Source: Catajapyx aquilonaris
Taxonomy: Eukaryota
Direction of reading: 5' to 3'
DNA length: 64,000 nt
NCBI GenBank assembly: GCA_000934665.2
Contig: JYFJ02005370.1
Span: 1-64,000 of the forward strand
The first letter of the stretch is position 1. Every line of letters begins with the position of its first letter. The translations under genes were made by a program, and so were the position numbers. Positions 12,101 through 27,100 of this stretch are shown here, one piece after another. The notes beneath the pieces were generated by a model, which was given only the letters and a program-made list of their open reading frames with translations, made no database searches and was not told the origin of the DNA.

Positions 12101-15100
12101 ACCCAGGAAAAGCTCAAAACAGACGAGTTACACTCATTTAATCCCTGGTCATCTTCAAAGTATTGCCTCATAGCCATCTACACGAAGAATCCCTCCCATG
12201 AACCAAACCGTGGTTGATGCATCTTAAATTAGAGAGAAAATTGCGTAACGATTCGTAACTGAATACATGTAATTAAGGTGAGTTACCGGAGGCAATCCAA
12301 TATCCTGGAAATATCGGACCTACCGCAAGTTTCACGCTGATTATCCTTGCTCTCTCACAAAATTTGTGTCGAAAGTATTGAACAACAGAAACTGGGTTAG
12401 AGTTGAGGTGGACTGGTTTGCGTGGATAATAATCTCCAGTACCTAAGCAGACCATCTTTCCGGTTCGAGCCCAAGTTTTGAAGAAGTGTGACTCAAAGGC
12501 AAGGGAAAAGTTTCTCGCGGCACAACTTTTGTATGAAGATGCAGAAGTTTGCTGGAGTATCAGAGCGTGGCCAACTCGACTCCAACAGTCAGTCAAGTCA
12601 GTTCGAGCCTGAATGAGTGTCAATGGAAGGCCATCTCCCTAAAGGTCTTACAACTAGAAGCAAAGTAGCACGCTCTCCGGAACGACGTCAAGCTCTAGTT
12701 TGATGAAAAGTTTAGTCTGCATGCAAGAAGGCAGAAACCCAGTGGTGTTCATGCCTCAAGGATATGCACACTGCACATACGCACTCACCAGACACATCAA
12801 TTGGCTAAACTGGCGCCAACAATTTGATTGATATTTTACTAACATTTCCTACGTCACCGCCGGGTTTGAAAGGACCAAAAGTGTTCACACTGTCATTTTC
12901 TATCCGCTCTGTCCGTGGGCAGAGGCTGTGCCTGAGGGAATGAACCTACATACTACACACTAAGCGACAATCCGTGTCTCCGCACTGCTCTTCCCACACC
13001 CACTCTGACTGCCCATTATCCGCGTGCGTTACCAGGTACGTTTTTTATCACCTGAGACCACGGCTCTCACGCATCGATGCGCAAGGTATTTGTAAAAACT
13101 GGAGCGATGGTATCAGCAAAAACTGGCCTTCGTTTTTTTTTTTAACCAGTCTGGTTTCCGATAACGTCACGTCATCCCCGAGAGCCTTGCTTACAAACCG
13201 GGGGTTCCCCGACTTGGACTCTAATGAGTTGGGTGGTTAGCATTGTGTGAACAGGGGCGTGGCATTCTTCTTGTGTGTGAGGGGAGATGAGGAGAGAGGA
13301 AGGGAAGGGGGGGGGGGGCTATCTTTACATTGCCAAACCACTGCCCGCTAATTGAAACAACTGCTCGGATCAACTTTGGGTTGGGAATCGCCATTTCCGT
13401 TTGAATGGCGAGAATGGTCAACCGCGATTAGGTCGCTTCGATTAATGCGGCTTTGTTTGTTGAACAAAACAGGTAGGCGAGCCGGGGCCGGTTTCCAGCT
13501 GATGGAAACTTTTGTCCCGTTGGCACACAATGGTGTGAAAGGGAACGTTGCCAGTCGCCAGTACAATTATATCCTTCATCGAATCAGTCAAAAAACACTG
13601 ACAAATACCCGGCCACTCCACTCTTCACGCACAGGCACAAATGCTGCTGACCGCATACTTAGGCGCCAAATTATTGCAATATGCATTTTTTTGCCCCCAA
13701 GCTGGGGGGGTTCAAAATGTGGCAATCACGCTAGGAGTATGCAATAATTCTAAATATGGCGCCATACTGTGCCCTTTCCCCTCCCTTTCACTCCCATGTC
13801 ATTTCGTTTCGTAGATATAGAGTCAGCCTATTTAATCATCGCGATATAGCCGGCCTCCGCACGCACAATTTGGTGACGCCGGCTAATGGAGTGTTAATGG
13901 TATACGTTACGATACAAGTTACGAGCCAGGCATCAGTCATTATGCATGCATAGATGGGTGGCCAAAATGTGAAAAATACCTGTCGTAAGCGAAGCCGGAT
14001 GGTGAGTTATGGGCTCTGAGGGAGGTAAAAATGCATTCCCAAATTATTCGGCCCTGAGAGAAAAGAGGTGTGGCTTTCAGAGACTGCAATAGACGTTCGC
14101 TAACAATCCACTCCTGCGTATGTGTGTGCACTATAGGAAATTTCACGCACCAATGCTCAGATGTAATATTTTTTACAATTAGCTGAGGCAAAATTATTCA
14201 ACATTTAGCTGATTATATGGCTTGCGTGCCTAATGGAGCTGACTCACTTGAGGATATCAGGGCAAGATCAGATAATAACTCTTGATATCACCAGCATTTT
14301 CATAAGGTGAAATAATCGCATTATGACTGATCCAGTGCATGTCAAAGCTCCACCAGTATTTTTGGTCATCCAGGATGGGCACACGAGTAATTAATTAATA
14401 TTTCAATTTGTCCAAATATTCTGGAACCCGAGATTTTCAATTTTAATAATCGAATAGTCTTACATATTAGGGAGTTTTTAAGGGACTTAGCCTATTGGTA
14501 TGAAAATAAGTTGCACTTTGTCTAAGGAATGTAGTACTGTACAAAACCACTATTCTCCTCTTTGGCAATAATGCAGCAATGAAATTTGAAACTCTGCCAG
14601 TAATAATATTTAAAACTGTTTCATCTTTACACCATTGTGTAATACTGTACAGTAGGCCTACTCTCCTATCAACATTTACATGTTGAATTTATTTACGACG
14701 TACAAACATTTTCATGTTAACCAATTTGGAGACCCGCAACCACGAAATCTTTTGTAATATTAATACGAGACCCCCACTCGTGTTGAGTTTCATCAACACA
14801 TAGTACTGTAATACTGTACTTGTTCCACCTCCGCCCACAATTGTCCGTCTGATATACTCTGCCCACCACGAAGTCTGTTGGCTGCATATATCCCAGCACA
14901 CCGCGTCTAGACTAGTCATCTGTAATTAATGCCCCTTTGGCTTCATTTGTCTGCGTGGCACGCAATATTGTTGCAGTAATTGGCTCCTGATGACGTCACT
15001 TTCCAGCAATTCCCGCATGCGAAATCGTGTTTCAATCACGGTTATCGTTTAAGCAAATAATAGTGTGGTCGTTACAAAGCAGGTGTTACAGTAACAATGA

Positions 15101-18100
15101 AGCTTTCTTTTGAGTTCCACTGCTCTGTTCCAACAGACCACAGAGATTTAAATGCGGAATATCAGCAGAAATCCGATTGGGAGTTATGAACAAATAACAG
15201 ATTTATAATGCCACTCAGCTCGATTCCCAGCACCGTATTAATTAAGCATGATGATGTTTAATGAGCTCTGTAGCATTCCCAGGCCTCTGAATTGCCAAAC
15301 ATTTTAGTACTGTAGAATAATGATAGACAATATACACATTGTTCATGGTTCTGGGTAAACCCGTAAGTTGGTATTTTTATTCTAGTTTTTGATTGGTAGA
15401 GTGCTGATGGTTGCATACAGCCAGAGGGTATGGCTACTTTTGACCGACCTTTTTTCGCGAGGCTTATTAGTTTATACAAGGTGATTCCGGTAACGTTGGC
15501 AAAAATCACAGGGTGGGTAGAGGGCCCATATCCAAGTATTTTGAGCTTCTGTACTCATGTCCGGAAATGCCCCCGTACGGGGGTATGGAGCCCGTTTCCA
15601 CCTTTGGTCTGTTTCATGACTGCCATCTCCGTGAAACAGCGTTGGCTGACCATAGGCTAATTAAATCCTCCGTTTGGCACTTGACATTCGCAATTGTTTT
15701 GAATGTTTTCTCCTTCGTCGTCTACCCCACACACGACACACCTGATGAACGCAACTTCGAGTACGTTGGGTTGCCTACCCACCATGCTCGCACCAGGTGC
15801 AACAGACCAAAGGTGGAAACGGCCGTACCCCCGCACGGGGGCATTTCCGGACATGGGTACCGAAGCTCAAAATACTTGCCTATGGGGCCTCTACCCACCC
15901 TGTGATTTTTGCCAAAGTTACCTGAATCACTCTGCATAATGCCTGTATTTGAGATACAGCCATGTGTTTCAGACAGGAATTTTAATTCAAAATCCGGATA
16001 AAAGGAGTTTAAGATCTGCAATAATGATAATAAAACATGCAATGTTGTCACATGATATTCTACAATGTCTCCTTCCGGAAATCCCTCTTTTGCCACTTCT
16101 AACAAGAGTCTTAAATCTCAGAGGATTATTATACTGTATAGCCTATACATTTCATCTAATCATAAAGTCCCCCTGAGTCTGAGGTTTCTTTACAGTTGTG
16201 ATATATCCGACTTATTCATAATAATTTAATTGTGACATGTAGTGTACTGTACAGGCGTATGGTTCATGTAGCGTGCCTATCTGTCACTCAATAAATTTCC
16301 AATTGAAACATGGTTAAAATTTTCTCACGGTACAGTTACAGTACAGTGAAGCCATCTTTCAAGCCACATGTCAGATTTTTAGATTTACAGATATTCCAAT
16401 TCGGATTTTCTGAAACCCTGTCACATTATAAACTCACATGCAGTATTATGTGGTGGAAAATGTAATAAAGCTTCTCCAATGCTATCCAGTCTGTATGAAT
16501 CCAGATTTAAAGGTTAATGAGGCACTGCCCAGCACATCGTGATTTATTACAATCTGGATGGTTTTGTGCATATTCATTTTGACATTAATCGTAAAATTTT
16601 CATTAGTTTTGTTTTGATAGAATTAGTATGCACTGCTCTAATAGTGAAATTCATAGGTCTCATCAGAATAGTTTCCTGAACACACGAATGGCACCTGAGT
16701 AATGGTAATTTTACTGGGTGCGCCAAAGCGACAATGACATTTAGTTAAAATTTCACCAAGTGCTTGCAGCCTATTCCTTTCAAGAGTAGGATTGACCATT
16801 CCATGATTCCATGGCCTGTTGTTGCAACCTCTTAACGTGCAAGTGGAGTTTACATTTGTGCAAAATCCATCCTCGTGCATGTCATTCCGTTCCAGAAATT
16901 CACGATACCGTACTAGAAAATAATAGCTATTTTTGTGGGTGAAAAGAGGGGTGGAGGAGGTGAGCTGGGGGGAGGTGGGGTGGCTTACGTGCTTCACGGG
17001 TTATTATCAGTGCAAAGCCAGTGATTCACGTGCCACCTGTCGTTTCATATGCTGTTGACAGGCTGTCATTTTGAAAATGCATGGCTTCATTATAGCCTGA
17101 CACGGACATCAGTATGTTGTGCCTAAATACACAGTAGCGCTGAAAATCACTTTCGCCTCTGCTAGGCTTTTCCATTCCCACGGACAAACACTAGGGTGAT
17201 TAATAATAACAATTAACAAGGCTCAAAGAGCACTTGCACCTCTGTTTCACCACATCCGCACTGAATGTGAAGAGACTTGTCGTGTCCCCCCCATACTCCC
17301 TCCCTCCCCCATACTAAATCACGAAAGGATCCCCACATTTCATGCAGATGGAGCACTCATATTATCGTGGGGGGCACCATTTCATTTATTTATGTACGAT
17401 TGTATGGGATGGCGGGTGGTTCGTTATTCACACGTCACATTTTAGAGCTCGCCCTATTATGAAAATGGGGGCAAAATGTAGCCTGACCACATGAATACTG
17501 TAGCAAGATAAGCATACACTGTACTATAATAGAGTATGCCTACAAAATTGGGCAAAAACCTGGCCAAACTCCACCAGTAGAAGTATTGCATGTACACATT
17601 TTGAAGAAAATTAGTTATGCCCTTCACTGGGTAGCTCAGTGTGCGACGCATCCACCAGTAGAAGAATGGTAAAATTTTGACCCAAAATGTTAAAATTTTC
17701 ATCAATTGTGATAGCTTTTATCTTACAAAATATGATCTTCTTTTGGCTCTCCTGTAAAATTACCTTTTTGTGACATAGCCTACAATACTTCTACTGGTGG
17801 AGTGCGCAGGCTTACCTTAGCCCGATTTGTATTCAATCTCATGCATATAGAGCTGCTTTTAACATTGTAAATCTAATCATTGTAAATAAAGCCGTCTGTG
17901 AGTCTGTCTGTCTGCCTCTCTCTCCGCCTGCCAACCGTCATTTGCCTGGCATCTGTGCCCCACCCCCAGGCCGGGAGAGGATGGAGGTGTTGGAGTAGCA
18001 GGACCACAGATGGCATTGGTGGCCGGACACACAGAAAGACCGACAGTTGACGGGGGTTCTGGCAGGTGTTTTCCCTTCATTCATTTCTTCCCGGGCAACG

Positions 18101-21100
18101 CCGGGTGCCGCAGCTAGTATAGAAAAAAAAACCACTTAGCTGGTCTTTTTATGAGGTCGGTGGCGGGAATAAGTTGCCTCTAACTCTAATTTTCTTGCAC
18201 ACGGAAATGTGCTTTTAACAAGACATGTCAAGCCGATTCTTCGTCGATTTCCCATGAGAATCTATAGTACAGGAAAACTGGTTTTTCTATCCTTTCTTAC
18301 ACCACAACGATCCTCATTTTCAGAACCGGATTTTGACAACGCATTTGCAAACAAATCTTTCCTCCCTCAAGAGATAAGCTCTTCACGAGTACTGCGTGCA
18401 CTTTGTATTTTGGCGCGAGGGAGGGGGGGAGGGGTTTGAGTTCCTTCCGGAGCCATTTTGTGGTTTCCCATTTCGGAATCGGCCCGTATTGAGCACTTTG
18501 TGCTAATCCGCTCGTCTCTCACTAATTCCAGGAAGTTATTACCACGAAAGGATCAAAATCCATTCTTCTCGTAACAAACGTTTGCAAATTTAATTATGGA
18601 ACAGGCCCCCCCGTTTTTTTTTTTTTAAACGCCGCTTCGTTCCTCTAAAAAAATAGTCGTTTGATCGCATCCTGTCACTCTTTCATCCCTGCCAACTTTT
18701 TCGCTCTGGGTGTAATCTTTCTCTTCCACAAACGCGGCCCACCCTCTACCTCCCAACAGCCCACCCTACCTCACCCATAAAATCCCGTTACGTTCTCTCG
18801 CTCTCTTTCCTCGTTCGGTTCCACTACGGTCGGTAGATGACAAGATTGCGAATTTACTGCTCCGTCTTCCTGAAATTGGAAGGTTTGACTAGTAGGGGGG
18901 TCGAAAATATCGAAAGAGGCATTACAGTAGGTTTGGACCAGGCCTGAGGGGGCCCGAATTGAGGAGGGGGGGGACCTAAAAAATAAAAAAAACAAATGAA
19001 ATATTGTGGGGGGTATATAAATTCTTTTTTGGAGGGTAGTTGTGACATTCAGGTATTTCACAGAAACGGTTTTGAGGCCTCCTTTTCGTGGCTTATCGTA
19101 CCTCCGTCCTGGCGGAAAATCTCCCCCAATGATTTCCAATAACAACCTCCGTGAGCTGCCAAGCCTCTTCCCCACACCCTCCTCCTCCTCCTCAACCCTT
19201 ACCCCCCCACCTCCCTACCCCAACCTAGCAATACTATAGTGTCATAAAAGCCGCGGCCAGAAGCAGTCAAATGGCGGGATCATTGACATTCTCAATAATC
19301 GTCGGGGGCTCCGTATGCCAGGATCCATCAGAAAGCCTGCCCTCCTCCTCCCCCTAGCCCTGAATAATCCATTTAGAGTTTCACAGGCCGTAGGACACGC
19401 TGCCAGCTCTGAGATGCTGCTGCTCACACTCACCACCCAAAATTATTCAAAGCAGCGACAACAAAAGTACTGATTTATAGGGTGTATGTGATATAAGGGG
19501 GAATATGATTGGATCTTGGATAGGGTGACGCCATGTCGTATTTTCCGCACAGATTTTTACTGTCACTGGTCGGATGAATATATGACGTTCATGGATTGTA
19601 ATATTATTGCTAGATTTTTTTTTTTTTTGCAGGGAATCAGTGACAAATTCTAGGGCTGGCCAAAATTTGTTGTGGGTGACTGCAAGGATTCGCATCAATT
19701 TCGTCTTGGCATAGGACGTAAAAAATTTTCCTCATGCTTGCATAACTTTATAGTACACCCGTTAGCAATATGGGACTAACCCACATTATTAGCTACGTTG
19801 CTCCCGTTACATGACTGGCACCTATCGTAACCACATGCTTCTGCACAGAAGAGCAGGATTCTAGTTGCCTGATTGAGGCTATTCTGCCATTTATCAAGCA
19901 ACGTTTTGTGGTGTAATAACTCCTAGCTTCCCGGTGTAAGTTGCAACGCAATTATCACCTAATGGCCATGTTATGCCACAACAATAATTGAAATCCCCCA
20001 TGCACAAGAAGCGTCAGATTTACCCCTTTTTTCAAGCATAAAACCTCCCGATGCCGCCCACTTATACCACATTTGTTGCAGCTATTAGCGCTAATGGCAG
20101 CTCTTGTTGTAACAAAATAACGGCAATTTCTTAATTAATCACCAGCAGAGCTCCCCCCGTTTTTCCCACCCCACCCCCCAAAAAAATCCCCACATCTTGA
20201 TTAACATGAGTGCTGGTTCCATACTTCTAATGAGAATTTTGACTCGTATTCCCCTGCCAACTCACCGAAAACGATCATAGTGGCCGACATGTGGTGCTCG
20301 TCCTGAAAAGTAGCCACGTGGCATTGGTACTCCCCGCTGAGCTGCGTGGTCGGCTGCATGATCTGCAACGCTCGGTGCATTTGGTACTTGTCGTCTGATG
20401 CTCGGTACGTCAGGTTCAGCTTGCCCTGCAGCACATCCGAGGCCTGGGGCTTGGTTGGTGGAATCCATTGGTAGATGACTCGGTCGTTCAACAGCCATTG
20501 GAGCACCAGCCATTTCTTTTCGGTCTCATTCAACGAGTACTCACAATCCAGCACCACGGATTCTTCTGTACCATTCTTGATCACCGAAGGGATTGTCACT
20601 CGTTTGATTTTGACGCCGCTCGCACCTGAAAAGAGTGAAAATTGGGGGGCTAGAGCCATGGCTTATTGGAAGGGGGGGGGGGGAGGGGGTTGGGTCGATT
20701 GGAGGTTTGCAGTATTGAGGGAACCAAGCAATGGATCGAAAATTGGCGTTGTGGAGTCGTTAGATTAGGTGTGGCTAGCTCGGACTTGGTGTTCGTATTG
20801 GATGACCCAGACGATGTTCAGCTATATGTTCCGATCACACTTATACTTCGACCCGTTATAAGTAAGGTGGGGGTATATACACTGTGACGAAGGTAATTCC
20901 ATATTTTCTAGCCACAGAAACAGTAGTCTGGCGAGTGGGCACAGTGTACGAGTGTACAGCGTACGAGTGTACGAGTGTACTCGTACACTCGTACGTATGT
21001 TCGATTTGTTGTCACTAAGCTGCTTATAACTTCGTAGTTACTTTTAATGACACGGGAATTTTAAAACGCAGACTTTATAAACCACCCCTTAAGTTAAGCA

Positions 21101-24100
21101 GTTTTGTGACTCACATGTTAGGCGAGGTTTGAATAGCCCGCTTCCTTCTTATACAGAGAAGCCTACCACACCTGCTCCGAGGAATGGGAAAACAAGTTAT
21201 GTTGCATTATCGTAACTGGCAACGACATGAAGAAGTTTCTGGAAAAGCGGAGGCGGTTTGCTAACTAAGGACGTTCTAACCAAATTAGGAGACAAATTTA
21301 TCTTCGCGGCGAATTTTCCCGTTCCGCCCGAGCACTCGGGACTTATAGATTAGGAGAAGCTTGATTTATTTCATCAGGAACCCAGCGGCAGAGAACCGTT
21401 TCATTACTTGGAGGATTAGTTGACTGTCAAATGTCAAAATGGCATTTGCGTACACTGGATTGCCAACAGAGTGGAAGTTCCGTATTTTTCTGATGAACAG
21501 TAATGAAAAATTAGATATATTTTCCTTTCGTGTGTGACCAAATGATATGCTGAAGGTTAGGGAACAACATTATACTGCTCCCCGGGAAGTTCAGAATCGA
21601 TGAGAGGGAATTCCGCAAGGTATGTGAAGAGCTCAAAGGATTCACAGTTATGTCAGAAATGGAATCCTATAGGCTACCATCCTATTCATTCATATTGGAT
21701 CTTGGGGAATGGGGGAGGAGTGGAGACAACACTGATATTATTTTGTTTGCTACTCTGATCTGCTGCAGAAAAATCAGTACCGTAGTTGGTTATGTATTGC
21801 TTCAGAATTCAATATGGAACCTATATGGTATATCTGATCATTAGCGGACATTTTCGTAAATCCCTCCAAATTACGGCTAATTTCAACTTATGCAGGCTAC
21901 GGTATTTCATAAATGTTAGAAAACGAAATATGACGTTTATTTGCTTGCACCTGTCAGAAATTACAGAGCTAACCTGTAGCTGTTCTCACTGCTGAAATCT
22001 ATACTGTATAACAGTCACAAAGTAATAGCCTATAGCAGCGTAGTTTCACTAATACATTGCCATATCACAGTGAAGTTTGAAACAGAATAATATAAAACTC
22101 TGTGTGATAGTATACGAGATGTAACCTTGCTTTAACAATATTACTGTAATTTGCCTGTAGCAAAAGTGGCCCACACAATGAATTAACTCTTGAATATTTG
22201 CTATAACAAAAAAAGTTACGCACTAGTCTGCCAAGGTCGTACATTTATTGCTTAGAGCATTGTGCTTGATGATCATCCTTTAGTAATTCTGTACAGCAGG
22301 CTTTGAAGGACTTACTCAGTAATATTGAAGTTTAAAAACAATCATACCGAATGTAATGGCTGCAAAAGGCTAATCATATTAACTTTTTTTTTTGAAAATG
22401 CTACTCGTTTGCACTGCACCGCCAGCAATTCTAATCTGGCATTTAATAACCATCCTCGCTAATCTAATTTAAAAGTTTAAAATACTTGCGCAAAGTTGGA
22501 CTGTTTTTTCGCATTTAAAAAGGCTGCGGACCTCAGCTCTCCATACACTCGACTTAGTTTGCATACTCATGTTTATTCTGCTAATTTTACACAAGTGTTG
22601 GTCGGGAAGGGGTGAGGGCATGCGTAAAATGAAGGGGGGGTTGAGGGGGAACTCCTCTAATGTTCGTGAAAAAGGTAAAGGAACCCCCTTCGGCCGGTTG
22701 CCCTTACAACACCCAGTGTTACAAATAAGGAAAAGGGGCTTGGCACAGGATACATCTACTTGTTGCACTGCTCCGAACACTCCCCACCGCCTCACATTCC
22801 CCTCAATCTTTTTTTATGTGTGGTCGACATTCTCATGGTCGGTAGTGAACCGGAAGTCCCCATTGCGAGGGCGTCGTCTAGCTCATTGTCCCATTCTGCC
22901 CACCGCCCTTGGACCCCCCTCTGCAGCATCCACTCTTTGTCTGCGCCTATGCCATTCCATTTCGCATTGCGCACCGCCAAACTCCTGCTGTCGTCACGTC
23001 CCCCTGTCCTCTAACTTCAGCTCAACTTTTCCTTTAATTACACCCCCCCCCCACCTCACCACCACTTCTCAAGTTGTTGTACTTTTAATTTAAATTAGCA
23101 TTCCTTGATGCAATTATGCAGGCTTTACCCTACCCGACGGATTTGCTGACTTGTTCAAACCGGCGCCCAATTTTTGGCAGTTTGGGCGGGAAAAGCCGTT
23201 TCTTCACAGTAGGACAGCTCTTGGCATCCGGGGATTTTTAGGAGCGGCCGGACGCATACAAGACGCGTGCAGGGAAAAACTGGGGATGGCTCACTGTTTA
23301 ATTATCCTGCGTGAGTGGAGGGTCCCCTGAGTGCTAGCTTTTGCCGAAATTGTGGTTGGCCCCGTAGCAGCTGCGTTCCCCCAACCCCTCATTATATCAG
23401 GTCTGGTTATGGAGATGACGGAGAGGCGTTGGGACATTCCAGACAAGAGATGTTCCCTCTGCGGTCGCATTGTTCGTGAGGCATCGCCAGCTCGGCAAGA
23501 CAGCAAAGGCAGCAGCAGTGGGGGAGGGAGCTGGAAGCAAGGGAAGGTTGGCGGGGGGGGGAGGGAAGGGGGGACCGTCCGATTTACCTTCTTTTGTTCT
23601 CTTACAATGCTGCCACCAAACCATGACAGCTCTCCCAAAGTTGACGGCGGTGGGGGCTGCCTAGAATTCGGGTCTTCCCGCGCTCAACCCCCTCAGTACA
23701 CCCTCTGATACCCCATCGATCCAAAGTCAAGTCTCGATACATCATCCTGTTCTTCTCGGCTCGCATATTAGTGATGGCTACAATGGTGCTACCCTTACAT
23801 GTATAAACGGCATGGCATTACTCATGGTAGAGTACGGTGGGTTGGTGCTGTCCATTTGTGCCTTGAGGAGAGGGAGATGCGTCAAAGTGGGCCTGGTGTA
23901 AGTGGCTATGGTGGGTGGTGATCAATGCTGGCCTTTATGCTTCTGTGCCTTATGTGTAGTGAGAGTACAACTATATGGCAGCGGAAAGGCCACCCTGCCT
24001 TCTGAACCATTTCTGTTTCAAAAGCTATGATGATATGTTCGTTCTTGATTATTTTGACCTCCTTCTCTTCTGTTCAATTTACTTAGTGGTCGCACATTCA

Positions 24101-27100
24101 TAATAATGTTGCGCAATCACTAATTATAGCAAGTGCCTTACAGGGTCATTTACACTCAATAAAATTGTTCCAAAGACAACTACATGCATTATGAAGCAAC
24201 AGATGTTCAGGCCACTACAAAATATTGCGATTGTTTTGGGCAGATCCGTATAAGAAATGTGGTTATGATACATAAAATTTAAACCCCTCCTCAATATTAT
24301 GGCAGATTCCACCAATGCACATTTCAATTTCATATCTGAAAAACATTTCAGGAATGAACTAAATCATGTCCCACATTACATTTGACAACAACCTGTTCCT
24401 TATAGGCAGCCAGTACTGAGTTGGCAGAACATGCTTACTACATTATCATCTGTATTTATGTTAATAATTATTCCAACAGATGTCTCCAATGACTTTCCTC
24501 CCCTTTATAAGACTGCCTGTGTGGGTAACCCATTCCTCTTTCGTATAATAACGGAGCAACACAGCGTGAGGCACCAACACAAGAGGCCACTTCACATCAG
24601 TACAGTTGGGCGTAAAGAATTTATTCCTGTCCAACACTGCTCGTTTCCCCCGGATTGCATTGTTTGCAGACAGCATTCGGGCAGGCTGCTGCAATAACAT
24701 ACATCGCGCCGACATTTTCTCCGTATCAGAATAAAGGGAACTTGTCCGCATACAAAACAGAACATTCAGCCTCCCACCCCCACCTTCTGAAACCATAGCT
24801 ACATCCCCAACCCCCCATTTATTTTTTCCCCCTCCATGCCCTACCTCCCTTTTGCTCCGAGCACGATGGTGCAGGGTAAACATGTTTGTTGACCTTTATG
24901 TCTGTTACATACATCGCAAGGATCCGGGAGCTAGAGAGCGCATTGCGACCAAGTACGTTGCATGAGGTTCGGCCTTGCTCTCCCGAAAAACAGAAGAAAA
25001 AATTCATTATTCACAAACACTGCAAAGTGTCTACCAGGCTGGGCCACTATAAGCGTCAGACCCTGGCTTGGGGAATTACACTGTACAACTGGAGGATATT
25101 ACCTGACATTTTGGGCTGGTATAAATAATTACTGCCTTAACCTTGATTTAAACTTGCATGTCCCTGCAAAAATTAGAGTACAGAGAGTCTTCCTATGTGT
25201 GTATTGACCAAATAGCAAAATAGCGGGTAGAAGGCAAAAATGCTGCTATTTGAAGAGTGCATATCGTCGAGATGCTTTATTACGATAAATATGAGTTTGT
25301 AAACAGGGCATGGTTCCATCTGGCCCCTTGTCGCTGATTGCAGGTTCACGCCAGCTTTGTGTTGTCTAGAGGCAACAATGGTCCGGAGGGGCCCAGAGAA
25401 AATTTCCACAGGTGGTCGCTGGGTTGGGAAATTGCAATCTGAGACAAGGAGAGGGCCCAGCTGGAGTCTGGATAATTTCGGAGGCCTCAATCCGGCCCCC
25501 GATTTGGAAGCAGGGCCCGGAGATTAGTGAGGAAAGGGGGAGGTAGAGAAGGAAAGCTCGTATGTCCTGCCTCTTGATGCTTTGCTTCCCGGAGAGAGAG
25601 AACAAAGGAACCAGAGGAAGGAGGAACTTGGCTAAATAGAATTAGGTCGAGAAGAGATGCTCCCTTCCCAGAGAAGTCCTTAATTTGACCTAATTTTGGT
25701 TCCTACTCCCCCAACTCGGAGCCAACTTCGTCTTCAATTTTCTCACAGTTTCAGCTGGAATCCTTCCTCCATCTCCTCCACCCCCCACAAGCTCGTGCCC
25801 GTGTCTAATCAAGTAAGACGAGGAGTGCTCGGAGCAACATCAGTGGCGCAGGCAAATGACACTTGGCGGCTTCACTCTGCATCGATCTCCCTGTGTTTTG
25901 TTAATACCATTAAGACTCCTAATTCCTCATCCCCCCACTGCCCTTGTCCCCCTCCCATGCACCTACTCGAGGCTACTCAGTTGGGACCATACTATGTGGG
26001 TCTGGCCAGAGGGAAGCAAGTATGAGGCTATCAAATTGGAACAAGCTAGGCGTTTCTAGGGGACTTGTATGAGGGAATTCAACTGGGACGGGCTGCGGGT
26101 CTATAGCTAGGGGGCCGTGCATGAGGACATATTCAGTTGGATGGGCTATACTGCATGGTTTAAGGGCGATGTACTCTTAATTCGTACCACAACTTTGTGT
26201 TCAAGTTTGACTGGGTTAAAAATGTTGGAGAATTCCAGAGGATCCATGGGGGTATTCAGTCGAGTAGGCCTGGCTAGGATGTCACAGGCAGCCATTACAA
26301 GATGGATGCCGGTGCGGTTTGCGCGCAGGAATCGGCCCATTCCCCGAATAAACTGCGAGCGGCACAAGCGTAGTGATTCATGTCGGAATATTCGTTTCGG
26401 ATTTACTGCGCACTGGATAATTTAAACGGCCGCGGTTCTGATATCGAAATAGGCGCGCTATTTGCACAGACGGGGCCCATGCGAGTCTGCGGTTTTGCAG
26501 ATGGAAAAGCAATGATACAAGCATTATTGATGTTTACAATTTGCTAACGTGGCTCCTGTACAGTGTACCAGCTTTCACTGTAAATTTTAGCGCGCTAAAG
26601 CGCATCCCGTGTACTGAACCGAGGTAATATGAACGTCATTTTTCTCCCATATAACTGTTCCAGGCAGGAGAGTAATTACTCAGTCTAGCGATTTGCAAAT
26701 CGAGCGCTATTAGCATCGTAAAAGCAAGTCTGCCGCCCCGAAATGAGCAGCATCTATTACCATACTGTGGCAAAGTTCTACTGATGTAAGGCTGATGTAC
26801 AGTACATTTATTTAATTTTTTTTTGCTTCCCTTCCTTTCCCGAGAGCTATACTGCATAATGTACTACTACTATACGTGCTTCCACCATCAACCATCTCAA
26901 TTCAAGAAACGTTCATTTGCGTAGGCCTACAGTACAGCGTGTAAAGAAAAGGTTAGCACCAGGTCTAGCATTATTATTTGGGCTCTTGTCTGTACTGCTA
27001 ACAGCGGCTATAAATTACTGCGTCGCTTTTAAGCTCTTTAGGGCAAGCTTTTATGCACGGTAAATCGGAGACGGCAACCTTTTTACTGCACCCGTAATTC

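Noticed and set aside
14689..15000. Possible THAP/P-element relic
   Set aside because: Could not recover an ordered C2CH motif in any frame.
20201..20659. 152-aa ORF as a complete single-exon gene
   Set aside because: Both ends of the ORF are intron read-through. Strong splice sites delimit 20266-20625 and the signal peptide lies in a separate exon.
22469..23708. Cluster of 108-174 aa ORFs in intron 1
   Set aside because: Low-complexity translations of G/C-rich tracts on both strands, with no domain motifs or convincing splice structure.
26934..27096. Possible Tc1-like MITE with CAGCGTG/CACCCG ends
   Set aside because: TIRs are too degenerate to call with confidence.
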